Origin: Nitrospirota bacterium
GTDB taxonomy: Bacteria > Nitrospirota > UBA9217
Direction: 5' to 3'
Assembly: GCA_963737155.1 (NCBI GenBank)
Contig: CAVTRN010000002.1
Coordinates: forward strand, 2,176,001 to 2,240,000
Length of the DNA: 64,000 bases
Made by a program: the position numbers and the translations under genes. Each line of letters begins with the position of its first letter. The stretch's first letter is position 1. This document shows positions 1 through 10,711 of this stretch, one piece after another. The notes under the pieces are model-generated. The model ran no database searches. It was not told the origin of the DNA and worked only from the letters and a program-made list of their open reading frames with translations.

Positions 1-1500
1 GGCAAGGAGTCTTTCGACCATGTCTTCATGGCCGGCAACGCGGTCTCAAATTATTATTTTTTCATTCACACGTCAAAAAATTCTGAAATCAAGGACATTC
101 AACGGGATATCCTCAAGAATATCGGCAAGAAGCTCAAGAGAAGCCCTGCGGTCGGTGCCGTTGATGACACGCAACTATGTAAAGAACTTTTCGAAGCTCT
201 TGAAGACTCAGAGGTCCTGGTTTTTCTTTTTCGGTTACTTAACCTGCACAACCATGAGTATCTTAACACAGTTAACAAATATTACTCCGAGCAGAAACCA
301 CTTTCGGACAAAGCGCATAAATCTCTAGAAGCGCTGGCCAAGCAATACAGAATCGTCCCGTACCAGCAGGAACGTATCAAGATAGACGGGATGTCTAAAC
401 TCCCCGAGAACAAGAAAATAGTGGATGAATACAAGGATATCCTTATTTCAGCATCGGAAAAGGGCGAGGTGAACCCGTCCCAGTTGGCAAAGCTTTCCCG
501 GCTCCGAACGCTGAGTCTCAGGATCAATATACCGCACAACTTTTTCGACACCCTCGATGAACATCTTCTCAAGGATATGGAAATCGTTGAAGTTGAAGAG
601 CCAGGCTATCTACGAGAGATCCGGGCAATCTTCGAAGGGCTTTTTCCCCAGGTCGACAAGCTCAAGGGGCACATCTCGCGGGAGGATCTCATCAAACTCC
701 TCATGGCGAAACAGAAGTCGACAGTGGTCCGCGATCAGGCTTTTGAAGGCCTGCTGCTCGACATGGTCCGCACGTGCGACGAGCACGCCCGCGATACGAA
801 CGACACGAGCGCGCTCGAGGCTATGAGCCGCATACTGACCTATTTCGACCGTTTCGACAGCACGGCGACTATGGTAAATAACCTTGCCTGCATGGAGGAC
901 TCCACCCTCAGCGAGGATAACATCCAGACTATCTTGGGCAATAAAGAGGTTTTTGACGACATCCACCCCGATTTGTTCCGCGATCTGTTTATCCATATGA
1001 TAGGGGACGACCGTTATGTGACGCGCTACGGCCGCAAGAAAGTCGACATGCTGCATCTCGGTCTCCAGCAGATCAAAACGTACGATATAACCTATCGTGA
1101 TCTTTCTGCATCCATCACAAAGCTAAACGATGTCGATAAAATGTACATGGCTATTCATCGCTACATCAAGAATCGGGTCAAAAGCATTTACGCTGAGCTG
1201 AACTCGAAAGATGATCAGGAAATTTTCATCCAGGACCTGAACCATGAAATCCAATCCAAGGGAATCGTTCAGAGCCCAGTGCCGCACATTGTGTTCGAGG
1301 AGATCATTCTCGATATCCGGAAAGAATTCTTCTACCTCAACAACCTCCTGCCCCACATCATCGTTTCCCGGGATAATCAGGTCCGCAAAGATTTCCTGAT
1401 AAACAGCGGATTGGACCGGTTCTATGTCGAGGAACTTGAAAAAAACTACTTCGACATGAATAAAATAGAACAAAATATCCTCGAGGAAATCAGAAAATAA
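1..1500 (+). CDS. Conserved hypothetical protein, TIGR04442-like family (5' end lies outside the window)
   Basis: Frame is open from base 1 (GKESFDHVFMAGN...). Motifs LSRLRTLSLR, LTYFDRFD and C-terminal RKDFLINSGLDRFYVEELE resemble this family (recalled, not searched). Confidence 0.6.
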   Translation, partial: GKESFDHVFMAGNAVSNYYFFIHTSKNSEIKDIQRDILKNIGKKLKRSPAVGAVDDTQLCKELFEALEDSEVLVFLFRLLNLHNHEYLNTVNKYYSEQKPLSDKAHKSLEALAKQYRIVPYQQERIKIDGMSKLPENKKIVDEYKDILISASEKGEVNPSQLAKLSRLRTLSLRINIPHNFFDTLDEHLLKDMEIVEVEEPGYLREIRAIFEGLFPQVDKLKGHISREDLIKLLMAKQKSTVVRDQAFEGLLLDMVRTCDEHARDTNDTSALEAMSRILTYFDRFDSTATMVNNLACMEDSTLSEDNIQTILGNKEVFDDIHPDLFRDLFIHMIGDDRYVTRYGRKKVDMLHLGLQQIKTYDITYRDLSASITKLNDVDKMYMAIHRYIKNRVKSIYAELNSKDDQEIFIQDLNHEIQSKGIVQSPVPHIVFEEIILDIRKEFFYLNNLLPHIIVSRDNQVRKDFLINSGLDRFYVEELEKNYFDMNKIEQNILEEIRK

Positions 1501-1502
1501 CC

Positions 1503-2693
1503 ATGTTCCGAACATTAGACCGATATATTTTACGCGGAATAATCCCACCTTTTTTCATGACCATGGCGGTGCTCCTGCTCGTGCTTTTCCTCGATAAGCT
1601 GTTCCGGCTAGCCGACCTTGTCATATCCAAGGGAGCCGGCCTGATGTCGATTATAAAAGTCTTCATTTATATCGTGCCGAGTTTCCTGGTCATTACGCTC
1701 CCTATGTCGCTTCTTGTCGCGGCGCTGACAACCTTTGCCACGATGAGCGCCGACTCCGAAGTGACCGCCATGAAAGCATCTTGCATCAGTCTTTACAGCA
1801 TGATCAGGCCAGTGTTTTTTCTTGCGGTCCTTATCTTCGGCTTCACTGCAGTAACATCGCTCATCCTCGTTCCCAGTGCCAACACGTCTCTCAAGGACCA
1901 TTTATTCAATATGGTAAAATCGAACGCCATGATCGGTCTAGAGCCCGGTATATTCAGCAACACCTTCGACGGCATGGTGATGTACGTAGACAAGATAGAT
2001 TCACAAAATAACATGAAGGGCGTATTCATATCCGATGAACGTTCGGTCAAAGAGCCCTATACCATCCTAGCAAAACAGGGAAAACTCATCGCGAATCTGC
2101 AGACACTGAATGTCACCCTGGCTCTTCAGGACGGCACCATTCACATGGAGCCGCACGATGAAAAAACCTACTCGCTCATGGGATTTACAACGGCTAACAT
2201 CTACCTTGACATCAAAAGTTCTCTGTCCGGAAAGGGTGCTTCAGGCAAAGATTATGAAGACATGAGCAGCACCGAACTAATCCAAGATATTAAAATAGCG
2301 CGAAGTGAGGAAAAACCCACCTACCACCAGGAAACGGAACTACATAAACGGCTTTCAATCCCCTTTGCATGCCTTATCTTCGGTCTCATAAGTGCGCCTC
2401 TCGGTATCAGGCGAAGCCGGTCGGGGAAATCAGCCGGTATTGTCATCGCATTCATGGTATTTCTTGTTTATTATGTTTTATTAGCCGGAGCGACTAATCT
2501 TGCCGAATCCGGGACTGTCAGGCCTCTCGTTGCATTCTGGATTCCGAACGCACTCATGGCGGTCGCCGCGGTGCTTTTTGTCATAAAAAAAGGACGTGAT
2601 GTCAACCTCGGAATATGGGATGCTGTTGTTCTGTTCTACTATAAATCGAAAGAGCGCCTGCAGACTAAATTTCGAAGGCGCAAGCTGTCCTGA
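1503..2693 (+). CDS. lptF: LPS export ABC transporter permease LptF
   Basis: YjgP/YjgQ pattern (LDRYI..., SADSEVTAMKAS, ELHKRLSIPFACL); tandem with lptG. Confidence 0.9.
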   Translation: MFRTLDRYILRGIIPPFFMTMAVLLLVLFLDKLFRLADLVISKGAGLMSIIKVFIYIVPSFLVITLPMSLLVAALTTFATMSADSEVTAMKASCISLYSMIRPVFFLAVLIFGFTAVTSLILVPSANTSLKDHLFNMVKSNAMIGLEPGIFSNTFDGMVMYVDKIDSQNNMKGVFISDERSVKEPYTILAKQGKLIANLQTLNVTLALQDGTIHMEPHDEKTYSLMGFTTANIYLDIKSSLSGKGASGKDYEDMSSTELIQDIKIARSEEKPTYHQETELHKRLSIPFACLIFGLISAPLGIRRSRSGKSAGIVIAFMVFLVYYVLLAGATNLAESGTVRPLVAFWIPNALMAVAAVLFVIKKGRDVNLGIWDAVVLFYYKSKERLQTKFRRRKLS

Positions 2694-2698
2694 CCGAC

Positions 2699-3784
2699 AT
2701 GACGCTGATTAGCAGGCATATCCTTCGTGAATTCCTCACCCTTGCTCTGGCTGTTCTACTCGGGATTCTCGTCGTTTACCTTTGCGTCGAGTTTCTCCAG
2801 AAGGCAGACAGACTCATTAAATTTCATGCTTCCTTCTATCAAGTAGCTCGCTACTTTCTATTCAGAATTCCCAGCATGATTACGATTTCGCTTCCCATGG
2901 CTACCCTTATCGCCGTGCTCCTTGCACTTGGGAATCTGTCGCGACACAATGAGATCATCGCTATGCGGGCGAGCGGTGTGAGCCTGGGAAAAATCATTAC
3001 GCCCCTTCTAGCGGGAGGTCTGGCCATATCGGCATTCGGCTTCATCAACAATGAATTCATCATGCCTGAATGCAGCTCCCAGGCAAACTACGTCCGCAAC
3101 GTCGAAATCGAAAAGAAACAACAGAGCGTCATGTTCCAACAGCAAAAATTATGGCTCCGTGGACCGGACAACAGTATCGCCAACATCGAGCTAGTTTCAC
3201 CGAACCGCACGGAAATGATCGGACTTAACATTTATAAGCTGAATCAGGACTTCTCCCTTCGCGAGCGCATCAAGGCGGGCAGCCTCGTGTGGGAAAACGG
3301 CGCATGGCGGCTCAGGAACAGCCACACCTATGTCCAGGAAGGAGACGCCATCCGTTCCTACCCTTCAGACGGAGAGATATATAACATTGTCAATAACCCA
3401 AGTGATCTCGGCATGATCGTTAAGGATGCCGAAGAAATGAGCTTTTCGGAAATGTGGAATTACATAAAGCGACTTAAGACAAGCGGGTACAACGCCAGCC
3501 AGTACGAGGTGGATTTGTACAATAAAGTTGCCTTCCCATTTTCCAGCCTGCTCATGGTCCTCATTTCGGTCCCCTTTTCTATCCACAAAGTCCGCAGCGG
3601 CGGTACAGGCAAGGGTTTCGCCTTTGCCGTATTGATAGCCTTCATGTATTGGACGCTCATGAGCGTCGGAGCATCTTTCGGAAAGTCCGGAACCATCCCG
3701 CCTTCCGTGGCGGCATGGCTAGCGAACATTTTTTTTGGTTTTATTGCTCTTGTCGTGCTGGTGCGTATCCAGCGGACCGTTTGA
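2699..3784 (+). CDS. lptG: LPS export ABC transporter permease LptG
   Basis: LGNLSRHNEIIAMRASGVS motif; follows lptF. Confidence 0.9.
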   Translation: MTLISRHILREFLTLALAVLLGILVVYLCVEFLQKADRLIKFHASFYQVARYFLFRIPSMITISLPMATLIAVLLALGNLSRHNEIIAMRASGVSLGKIITPLLAGGLAISAFGFINNEFIMPECSSQANYVRNVEIEKKQQSVMFQQQKLWLRGPDNSIANIELVSPNRTEMIGLNIYKLNQDFSLRERIKAGSLVWENGAWRLRNSHTYVQEGDAIRSYPSDGEIYNIVNNPSDLGMIVKDAEEMSFSEMWNYIKRLKTSGYNASQYEVDLYNKVAFPFSSLLMVLISVPFSIHKVRSGGTGKGFAFAVLIAFMYWTLMSVGASFGKSGTIPPSVAAWLANIFFGFIALVVLVRIQRTV

Positions 3785-4232
3785 TCCGCCACACCGACGA
3801 AAGCAATTATTCTGGGCAGTTGACTTATTTATGCCTGTCTTGTTCTGCAAGCCTGAATCAGGATACTATGACCAAGCTGTTTTTTTTCACAATAAATTCT
3901 AGATAGTCTGATTGGAAGAGGAACTTTCAAACTCGACAAAAAATATCCTAACGCTTCTCAGCAAAGACTCACTCCTCTTTCGTTCTTGAACGAGGTTATC
4001 ACATCATGAGCATTGCAGGCAATAACCCCGATCCGCACCGCCTTGTCGGGCAGATCGGATTCTCAGAAACGTAAAGACGATGGGCGCATAAGTTTTCCTT
4101 AAGTCGCTCATTTATCAGGATATCGCATACCAAGTTGATGCCGGTTCATCGATGAGAAAATAGGACTTATTGACCTTCTTCCGGATGCCGATCTTCTTGG
4201 CCGGTTACTTCTGAAGGATATGCTCTGACCTC

Positions 4233-4913
4233 ATGAAGAATAAAATCGTTAAAAATCTGATCGGAGTCACGCTCATCCCTTTTTGCCTAGGATATTCCTG
4301 GGAGTTTGGGGTGGTGGTCTTTTCCAATAACTACAAGCCATCGGTGCCATACTACTTTATTGCAGGCTGCTTGGCCTATTGTGTCGTACATATACTTTTT
4401 GAAAAAAAACCGATTTTTACCTATGTGATCGCTCATGAGCTCACGCATGCACTTTTTGCGGTAATCTTCGGCGGATCGGTCAAATCCCTGCATGCCAGCG
4501 AGCGAGGTGGACGGGTAGCGGTGACCAAATCGAATTTTCTTATTACCTTGGCGCCCTACTTTTTCCCTCTCTATACGTTCTTAACCCTTCTCCTCTACGA
4601 GGCCGCCCTCGCAACGCACGCCGGACTTGCAGCCATGAACATACTTGTTGCCCTCAGCGGTGCTGCATTCACCTTTCATCTCGTGCTAACTTTCATATTT
4701 CTCCAAACAGACCAAAGCGATATCAGGGAGCAGGGCGCTCTTTTTTCGTATCCGTTGATTTACCTGTTCAATATTGCGTTTGCTGTGCTTATCATTGATA
4801 TTTATCTGGCCAAAAACATGAATTACCTGCAATTTCTAGTAGGTGGTATAATGAAAAGCACGGGAATGATTACGGTATTTGCCAAAAAAGCATATGCCAT
4901 GATCCAGCGGTAA
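4233..4913 (+). CDS. M50-like membrane zinc metallopeptidase
   Basis: HELTH (HExxH) in a hydrophobic context, ITLAPYFFP, and QSD motif. Confidence 0.7.
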   Translation: MKNKIVKNLIGVTLIPFCLGYSWEFGVVVFSNNYKPSVPYYFIAGCLAYCVVHILFEKKPIFTYVIAHELTHALFAVIFGGSVKSLHASERGGRVAVTKSNFLITLAPYFFPLYTFLTLLLYEAALATHAGLAAMNILVALSGAAFTFHLVLTFIFLQTDQSDIREQGALFSYPLIYLFNIAFAVLIIDIYLAKNMNYLQFLVGGIMKSTGMITVFAKKAYAMIQR

Positions 4914-4956
4914 AGGCTTACTGAAAACAATATCCTATTTTGATGGAGACTGAATC

Positions 4957-5571
4957 ATGCTTCTGGTAGGATTAACCGGAGGAATTGCAAGCGGCAAGAG
5001 CCTTGTGGGGAAGGTGTTTCGGGACCTAGGAGCCCACCTCATCGATGCTGACCAGATTGTGCATAGTCTGCTGGCGTACAGCGAGCCAGCATGGGAAGAG
5101 GTGCTCCATCATTTCGGTCAGGCCATTCTTCTTCCCAGCAAGGAGATCGACCGGAGAAAGCTCGGGGAGATCATTTTTAACAATGACGATCAAAGAGTAT
5201 GGCTCAACAGGTGCCTGCATCCCAAGGTCTTCGAAGCTTTTCTCGCATCAGTACGAAACTTGAGAAACCGACCTCCTGACACGATTATTGTATTGGATGC
5301 CGCGCTCCTTATCGAAACGGAATATTACAAAAAGATGGACCGCACTGTTGTTGTGTATGCCAACCCCGATCAGCAGCTCAATCGGCTCATTCAACGCGAC
5401 AATTTGTCGCGTGAGCAAGCTCTTGCCCGAATACAGAGCCAGATGTCACTCGATGAAAAACGAGGATATGCCGATTACGTCATCGACAACACAGTATCCC
5501 GAGAACAGACTGAACGGCAAGCTCGGGACGTTTTCTCCAAATTAGCACAGGAAGCGAGGCTGTGTTCATGA
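4957..5571 (+). CDS. coaE: Dephospho-CoA kinase
   Basis: VGLTGGIASGKS P-loop, IDADQI, LHPKV, RIQSQMS. Confidence 0.95.
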   Translation: MLLVGLTGGIASGKSLVGKVFRDLGAHLIDADQIVHSLLAYSEPAWEEVLHHFGQAILLPSKEIDRRKLGEIIFNNDDQRVWLNRCLHPKVFEAFLASVRNLRNRPPDTIIVLDAALLIETEYYKKMDRTVVVYANPDQQLNRLIQRDNLSREQALARIQSQMSLDEKRGYADYVIDNTVSREQTERQARDVFSKLAQEARLCS

Positions 5572-6065
5572 AAAAAGCTCTTACCATGAGAATACTCCCC
5601 ATGGCACGCATCCACATACCCGCTTGTGTTGCAATACTTTCCGCTTCCGAACCCTGGAAAATTCTCGGGGAAGGGTTCGATTTTGGCTTGGTTCTTCACC
5701 GGAACCGCCAAGCCGACAAAGCATACGTTGTGATTGTTGAAAAGGAAACAGTGGGGTTCATCGTATTTACGCCACATCCGGTATTTGCACGGGGAGGGTA
5801 TCTCCGCGCAATCGGAGTAGCTCCGTCGTGGCGCAGACACGGCATCGGTAAAAGGTTGATACGTTTCGCGGAAAAAGCAACAGCCCGTCATTCACCTAAC
5901 TTTTACCTTTGCGTCTCCTCGTTTAACCGAAAAGCACAAGCTTTTTACAGGAGTCTCGGATACCAAAAAATCGGGAAAATACCTGATCTGCTCATGAAGG
6001 GCGCTTCGGAACATGTCTATTGGAAACGGTTGTCCCAGTTTAAGATAAAAGCAAGGAGAAAGTAA
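5562..6065 (+). CDS. GNAT family N-acetyltransferase
   Basis: V.P..RRHGIGKRL acetyl-CoA motif; N..AQAFYRSLGY. Confidence 0.85.
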   Translation: MFMKKALTMRILPMARIHIPACVAILSASEPWKILGEGFDFGLVLHRNRQADKAYVVIVEKETVGFIVFTPHPVFARGGYLRAIGVAPSWRRHGIGKRLIRFAEKATARHSPNFYLCVSSFNRKAQAFYRSLGYQKIGKIPDLLMKGASEHVYWKRLSQFKIKARRK

Positions 6066-6070
6066 GTTTT

Positions 6071-6742
6071 ATGAATAATTTAAATAATATTGACCTGTTT
6101 AAAAATCTCTCTAAAGAGGAGTTAAAGGAGCTGGAGCCCTACCTTGTTACAACTTCTTTCAAAAAGAAGGAGGCAATCTTCGCAGAAGGCGATCAGCCAG
6201 AATGGTTTTACATTGTGTCAAAAGGAAAAGTCAAGATCACCAAGCTTTCCCACGATGGCAAGGAAATCATCCTCGAAGTTATATCGCCGACCGACATCTT
6301 TGGCGGTGTAGCAGTCCTGCGCAACTTCCCCTACCCGGCAAATGCCGTCGTTATGGAAGACAGCGAAGTCATAAAAATTTCCAGAAAGAATCTAATGCGT
6401 CTTGTTGACCGTTTTCCGAATCTCATGTACTGCATGGCACTTCAGCTCGGAGACCGGATGAAAAGTTCCTACGATTCACTCAAAAACATCGCTCTTGAGC
6501 GCGTTGAAGCTCGTATAGCAGCCTTGCTCCTGAAACTTACAAACAAGGTCGGTATCAAAACCAATGAGGGAATCGCAATCAATATGCGCCTCACTAAACA
6601 GGATATCGCTGATATGGTCGGCACTACAGTGGAGACTTCAATCCGCACATTCAGCAAATTCAAGAAACAGGGCCTTTTGGCTGATAAAGACGGCAGGATT
6701 GTCATCAAGGACCGCGAAGGTCTGATGTCCTTCGCCTCCTGA
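6071..6742 (+). CDS. Crp/Fnr family transcriptional regulator (HcpR/DNR-like)
   Basis: cNMP-binding fold plus C-terminal HTH LTKQDIADMVGTTVETSIR; lacks the FNR N-terminal Cys cluster. Confidence 0.9.
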   Translation: MNNLNNIDLFKNLSKEELKELEPYLVTTSFKKKEAIFAEGDQPEWFYIVSKGKVKITKLSHDGKEIILEVISPTDIFGGVAVLRNFPYPANAVVMEDSEVIKISRKNLMRLVDRFPNLMYCMALQLGDRMKSSYDSLKNIALERVEARIAALLLKLTNKVGIKTNEGIAINMRLTKQDIADMVGTTVETSIRTFSKFKKQGLLADKDGRIVIKDREGLMSFAS

Positions 6743-6871
6743 CCACTCCCCATGTCTAAAGCTTGGGGGTGGAATACTGTTAATATTTATATTGTATAAT
6801 ATAATTTTATATGATATAATATATTTATGAAGCTAAGCGTATGGGCAAAGCAACAAGGTATAACCTATCAA

Positions 6872-8506
6872 CCTAAAAAGAGCAGTTACCCTCAATCAGA
6901 GCCACTTATCCACACCATAACGGCAGAAGTTCAGGCGCCTGCAACGGTTTTCCACCCAGCAGTTTGAAAAATGCACGGCTCAAGATACGTCGCCACCGTT
7001 CACCTGGAGTCAACTGCTCCGCAGTTGTTTTCAGGATGGCTAGAAAGCGGGATATCTCATCGAGAATGCGCTGAACTTTCCCAGAGCTTGCGTGCGCACT
7101 CGTGATGGTCATCATGGTCTGCCCTTGATGGCGTGTTTGTTTGCCAACCGCATGCAGAAGAAGTGGACGACTCGTAATTGCCTCCAAGTGTTTGTCCGGA
7201 TGAGCAAGCCTCACGAAGAGCGACCACCAGTTGTAAACTAATGCTACGGTCCGCGCCATGAAGCCGCAGCGCTTAAGGTCCCGGGTCGTATATCCGCCCC
7301 ACCCCCACTGATTCTTCAACTCGTCAAAAATATTCTCTGCATCCGCACGATCACGGTAGTGTTGGGCGATTGTGAGAATCTCGTCTTTGAGGGTGGTGGC
7401 TAGTACTGCATACTCATATCGCTTGGCAACTCCGGGCGCTTCCACAAACCCAAGTTCCATCTGATCCTTCTGCTGCAGGCTTATTGCTACGTCTCCCGTG
7501 AGCACTCGTCGAAGGATAATAACGCGACGAGATTTCTGCCATCCCATGAGTTGAAGGGATTCTTCCACACCCTTCCAGCCCTGTCCGGCATCTACCCAAT
7601 CGTTACTATAGAATGCCTTCTCAATAAGCCTCCGCACGTTCTTCGTGAGGCGTAGCTTCACGAGATAGGGCAATTCTTTTTCTTCTGCCTGACTCATGAA
7701 GCCGTCCGTGCCCCAGCCTGAATCCCCCCGGAAAAAGGCAGGCCAAAAGCGACGCGGGAGTCGTTCCAGAAGCTGCCATAACCCCGGGGTGCTGTAACAC
7801 GTTGCTGTTTTGTTTCCGGCCTGCACCTCAACATCCAAAACAAGCCGGGTATTGGCCATCAGGTAACTGTGATAGGTGTGAGACGGCCTGCCGGGCTTAT
7901 GCGGGTTGTAACCAATGACCGCGCCCTCTTGTTTTCCGTACAACGGTTTGACTGTCGTATCTCCGTCCATAATCCATGGCATGCACAGGAGGGATTCATA
8001 ACATCGCCTCATGTGCTCAGTAAGCCATGAGATGCCGGCATGCTCATCCATCTGCTTAAATCCCCGCCGTACGGTGTCTTCGCTCACGACCTTCGTCATG
8101 CCGAGTAGTGCCGGGTTGACATTATCGCTTCGAACGCTCGTCATGTGGGAATAACGATGGTGACCGGCTAGAACGGACAACAGGACTGTACCGAGAAGAT
8201 CGCGCTTCTCGGGTGCGTTAGGACTCGTGTAGTGCAGTGGACAGTCTGCTACCCATGGTTCGTAGATTCCACCCGTCTTCAAAAAATCGATGAAGAACGC
8301 CAGCTGGCCCATTGGTGTAACGGCTGCTGTTGAATCCCATTCAACATGCACTTTTCCTGCAAAGGTATCGACTGCAATTCTATCTGTTTTATCTGTAGGT
8401 GGAGATGAAATCGAGTCACCCATTGGGTGAGACCTCCTTGTTGAAAGAAGTATCATAGTATCCAATAGTTAACTCAGATTTGCAAGGCCCAACTGCCGTT
8501 TATAGG
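6872..8506 (-). mobile_element. IS1380-family insertion sequence
   Basis: Imperfect 16-bp terminal IRs (cctaaaaagagcagtt versus revcomp cctataaacggcagtt, 13/16 identical); 5-bp direct repeat ATCAA at 6867-6871 and 8507-8511. Confidence 0.9.
6906..8465 (-). CDS. IS1380-family DDE transposase
   Basis: DGDTTVKPLYGKQEG, RGDSGWG and YRDRADAENIFDELK motifs. The true start may be slightly downstream (MGDSISS). Confidence 0.88.
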   Translation of the reverse strand: MDTMILLSTRRSHPMGDSISSPPTDKTDRIAVDTFAGKVHVEWDSTAAVTPMGQLAFFIDFLKTGGIYEPWVADCPLHYTSPNAPEKRDLLGTVLLSVLAGHHRYSHMTSVRSDNVNPALLGMTKVVSEDTVRRGFKQMDEHAGISWLTEHMRRCYESLLCMPWIMDGDTTVKPLYGKQEGAVIGYNPHKPGRPSHTYHSYLMANTRLVLDVEVQAGNKTATCYSTPGLWQLLERLPRRFWPAFFRGDSGWGTDGFMSQAEEKELPYLVKLRLTKNVRRLIEKAFYSNDWVDAGQGWKGVEESLQLMGWQKSRRVIILRRVLTGDVAISLQQKDQMELGFVEAPGVAKRYEYAVLATTLKDEILTIAQHYRDRADAENIFDELKNQWGWGGYTTRDLKRCGFMARTVALVYNWWSLFVRLAHPDKHLEAITSRPLLLHAVGKQTRHQGQTMMTITSAHASSGKVQRILDEISRFLAILKTTAEQLTPGERWRRILSRAFFKLLGGKPLQAPELLPLWCG

Positions 8507-9022
8507 ATCAAGCGGCATGGAAATGGTGGAAGGCTGGCAAGCTGCCGGTTGAGGCTGAGCAGATGCCTACCGGAACCATCATTATAAAAGAGCAGAAAAC
8601 TGCCCAAGGTTCTGTTGCTCTTTATGCCCGGGTATCCAGTCATGACCAAAAGAAAGACCTGGACGGGCAGCTCGGGCGGCTTTCCGTATATGCCGCTTCC
8701 AAAGGGTTGTCAGTTTCAAAAGCGGTGTCTGAGGTTGGATCTGGTCTTAATGGGCACAGGCCAAAACTCATGAAGCTGCTTGCCGATTCCAACGTCAGTA
8801 TTATTGTCGCCTTGCATCGTGACCGGCTTATGCGGTTTGGATCTGAGTATGTAGAATCGGCACTTCGAGCTCAAGGTCGTCAACTTATTATTGTAGACCA
8901 GACCGAGCTAAAGGACGATCTGGTGCAGGACATGATTGAAGTATTGACATCGTTTTGCGCAAGGCTCTACGGACGCCGGTCAGCGGCCAATAAAGCAAAA
9001 AAAGCCCTGGAGGCCATGGAGA

Positions 9023-10711
9023 ATGGCAAGTAATAAGGATAAAATGGGCAAGAGCGGCAAAAGTGAAGCACTTTCTTTTACCGCTCAAACTTTGCTGATT
9101 GACATGTCTTACCTGGACACAAAGAAGTCTCTTTATCATGTTCTTGACGATATCGGCGACTCATACGGGCACATCAAACGCTCTCTTTTTAAAGACAGCG
9201 GTCGTTCCGGCAACAAACCCATTTCATTCAAAAATGAGTGTCTTGTCAGGTATGGTATCACCGCCCGGCAGTTTAACGCTATCCGCTACGATCTTGACGG
9301 CAATATCAGCTCCGCGGTTGAGGTATTAAAACTACGGGTTGAAAAGCTCGAGCACAAAATAAAATCTGCGAGAAAATGGATTAAAACCAGAGAGAACCGT
9401 ATCATTGACATACGCAAAGACACGGAATTGTCCGAATATGAGAAAACGACCAGCGTGGATTCTCTCCGTTTTGCGGTCCACAACAAAAAACGGAAGCTCC
9501 ATTCATCGGAGCAGAAACTGGAAAAGCTGAAATACGATTTGGACAAAGGCCGAATCAGGATTTGCTTTGGGACAAAGAAACTTTTCCACAAGCAGTTCAG
9601 CCTTTCTGAAAACGATTATAAATCCCACAATAACTGGCTGTCTGCCTGGAAGGCTGCCCGAAGCTCTTCATCGTTTTGTCTGGGATCGAAGGATGAAACG
9701 GCCGGCAACCAGACCTGCACGCTTGGCATCGACGGGTCGCTCAGGATACGGGTCCCAAACTATCTTGCCAAAAAATACGGTAAACACATCATGGTGCCTA
9801 CCGTAACATATCCTTACGGGCAGGAATATATTGAGCAGGCACTCCCGCGCGGCCAGGCAATCACCCACCGGTTTGTCCGTGGCGAGAAGGGTTGGTATCT
9901 GTATTCATCGGTTGATATCCCCCAAAGAGAAACAATTACCGGGAAACCGCAAGAAATCGGATGTATTGGCGTAGATGCAAACGAAAAAGAGATTGCTGTT
10001 TCCGAGACTGACCGGTTCGGCAATCTTGTCTGGCACACAACGTATCCTGCATGTATAAAAAACAGAACCACGGAACAGACCGTGGCAACTTACGGTGATA
10101 TCTGCGTCGGCATTATCGACCGGTCAATTAAAACCGGGAAACCCGTCGCTCATGAAACTCTTGACTTCGAAAAGAAGAAAGCATCTCTCAAGGAACAGGG
10201 AGTAACGTATGCGCGGATGCTGTCCGGGTTCGCCTATTCCATCTTTTTAAACATGCTTGACCGCAGAGCATTTAAGGCAGGCGTCGGTGTGCTCTCCGTG
10301 AATCCTGCTTACACATCCGTTATCGGCAGAAACAATTATATGTCTTTTCATGGCATCTCGCCGCATGAAGCAGCGGCGCTTGCTATCGCGAGAAGAGTTC
10401 AAGGATATTCCGAGTCTCCCATACCAGGCAGAACCGCCTCCCCTCTACCTGTAAGGAATCGAGAGGAGCACATCTGGAAGTTTTGGAGCAAGATGAAGAC
10501 TCGGGGAGGTTGTGGAAATCATCACAGTCTCTACCAACGACGGTCCTTACAGGACTCCCCAGGCTGCGCTGAATTGCAGAAGAAGCGATCATCCCGTCGA
10601 CAGCGCAATTCTCCGGGCCACCTGCCAGCAGCAGTCTTGCTGAAAAGGCGCCAGAAGCAATCCCGATCAGCAAACAACGGGACTTGGGCGAATCAGGGCG
10701 GGAATCCCTGA
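9023..10711 (+). CDS. tnpB: Large TnpB-related (IS607-associated) RNA-guided nuclease-like protein with an atypical RuvC-III
   Basis: RuvC-I IGVDAN (D318), RuvC-II AHETLDF (E378), NPAYTS with no CxxC zinc finger, and SPHEAAALAIARR at RuvC-III; overlaps the tnpA stop. Confidence 0.8.
   Translation: MASNKDKMGKSGKSEALSFTAQTLLIDMSYLDTKKSLYHVLDDIGDSYGHIKRSLFKDSGRSGNKPISFKNECLVRYGITARQFNAIRYDLDGNISSAVEVLKLRVEKLEHKIKSARKWIKTRENRIIDIRKDTELSEYEKTTSVDSLRFAVHNKKRKLHSSEQKLEKLKYDLDKGRIRICFGTKKLFHKQFSLSENDYKSHNNWLSAWKAARSSSSFCLGSKDETAGNQTCTLGIDGSLRIRVPNYLAKKYGKHIMVPTVTYPYGQEYIEQALPRGQAITHRFVRGEKGWYLYSSVDIPQRETITGKPQEIGCIGVDANEKEIAVSETDRFGNLVWHTTYPACIKNRTTEQTVATYGDICVGIIDRSIKTGKPVAHETLDFEKKKASLKEQGVTYARMLSGFAYSIFLNMLDRRAFKAGVGVLSVNPAYTSVIGRNNYMSFHGISPHEAAALAIARRVQGYSESPIPGRTASPLPVRNREEHIWKFWSKMKTRGGCGNHHSLYQRRSLQDSPGCAELQKKRSSRRQRNSPGHLPAAVLLKRRQKQSRSANNGTWANQGGNP

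Larger units (their letters stand above)
6827..9033 (+). pseudogene. tnpA: IS607 transposase TnpA (wHTH plus serine recombinase) split by an IS insertion
   Basis: 6827-6871 encodes MKLSVWAKQQGITYQ. After removing the IS and one ATCAA copy, the frame continues at 8512 with AAWKWWKAGKLPVEAEQMPTG...ALYARVSS...HRDRLMRFG, giving an intact 188-aa ORF. Confidence 0.92.

Noticed and set aside
8563-9033. 156-aa ORF as an independent resolvase
   Set aside because: It is the C-terminal part of the interrupted IS607 tnpA.
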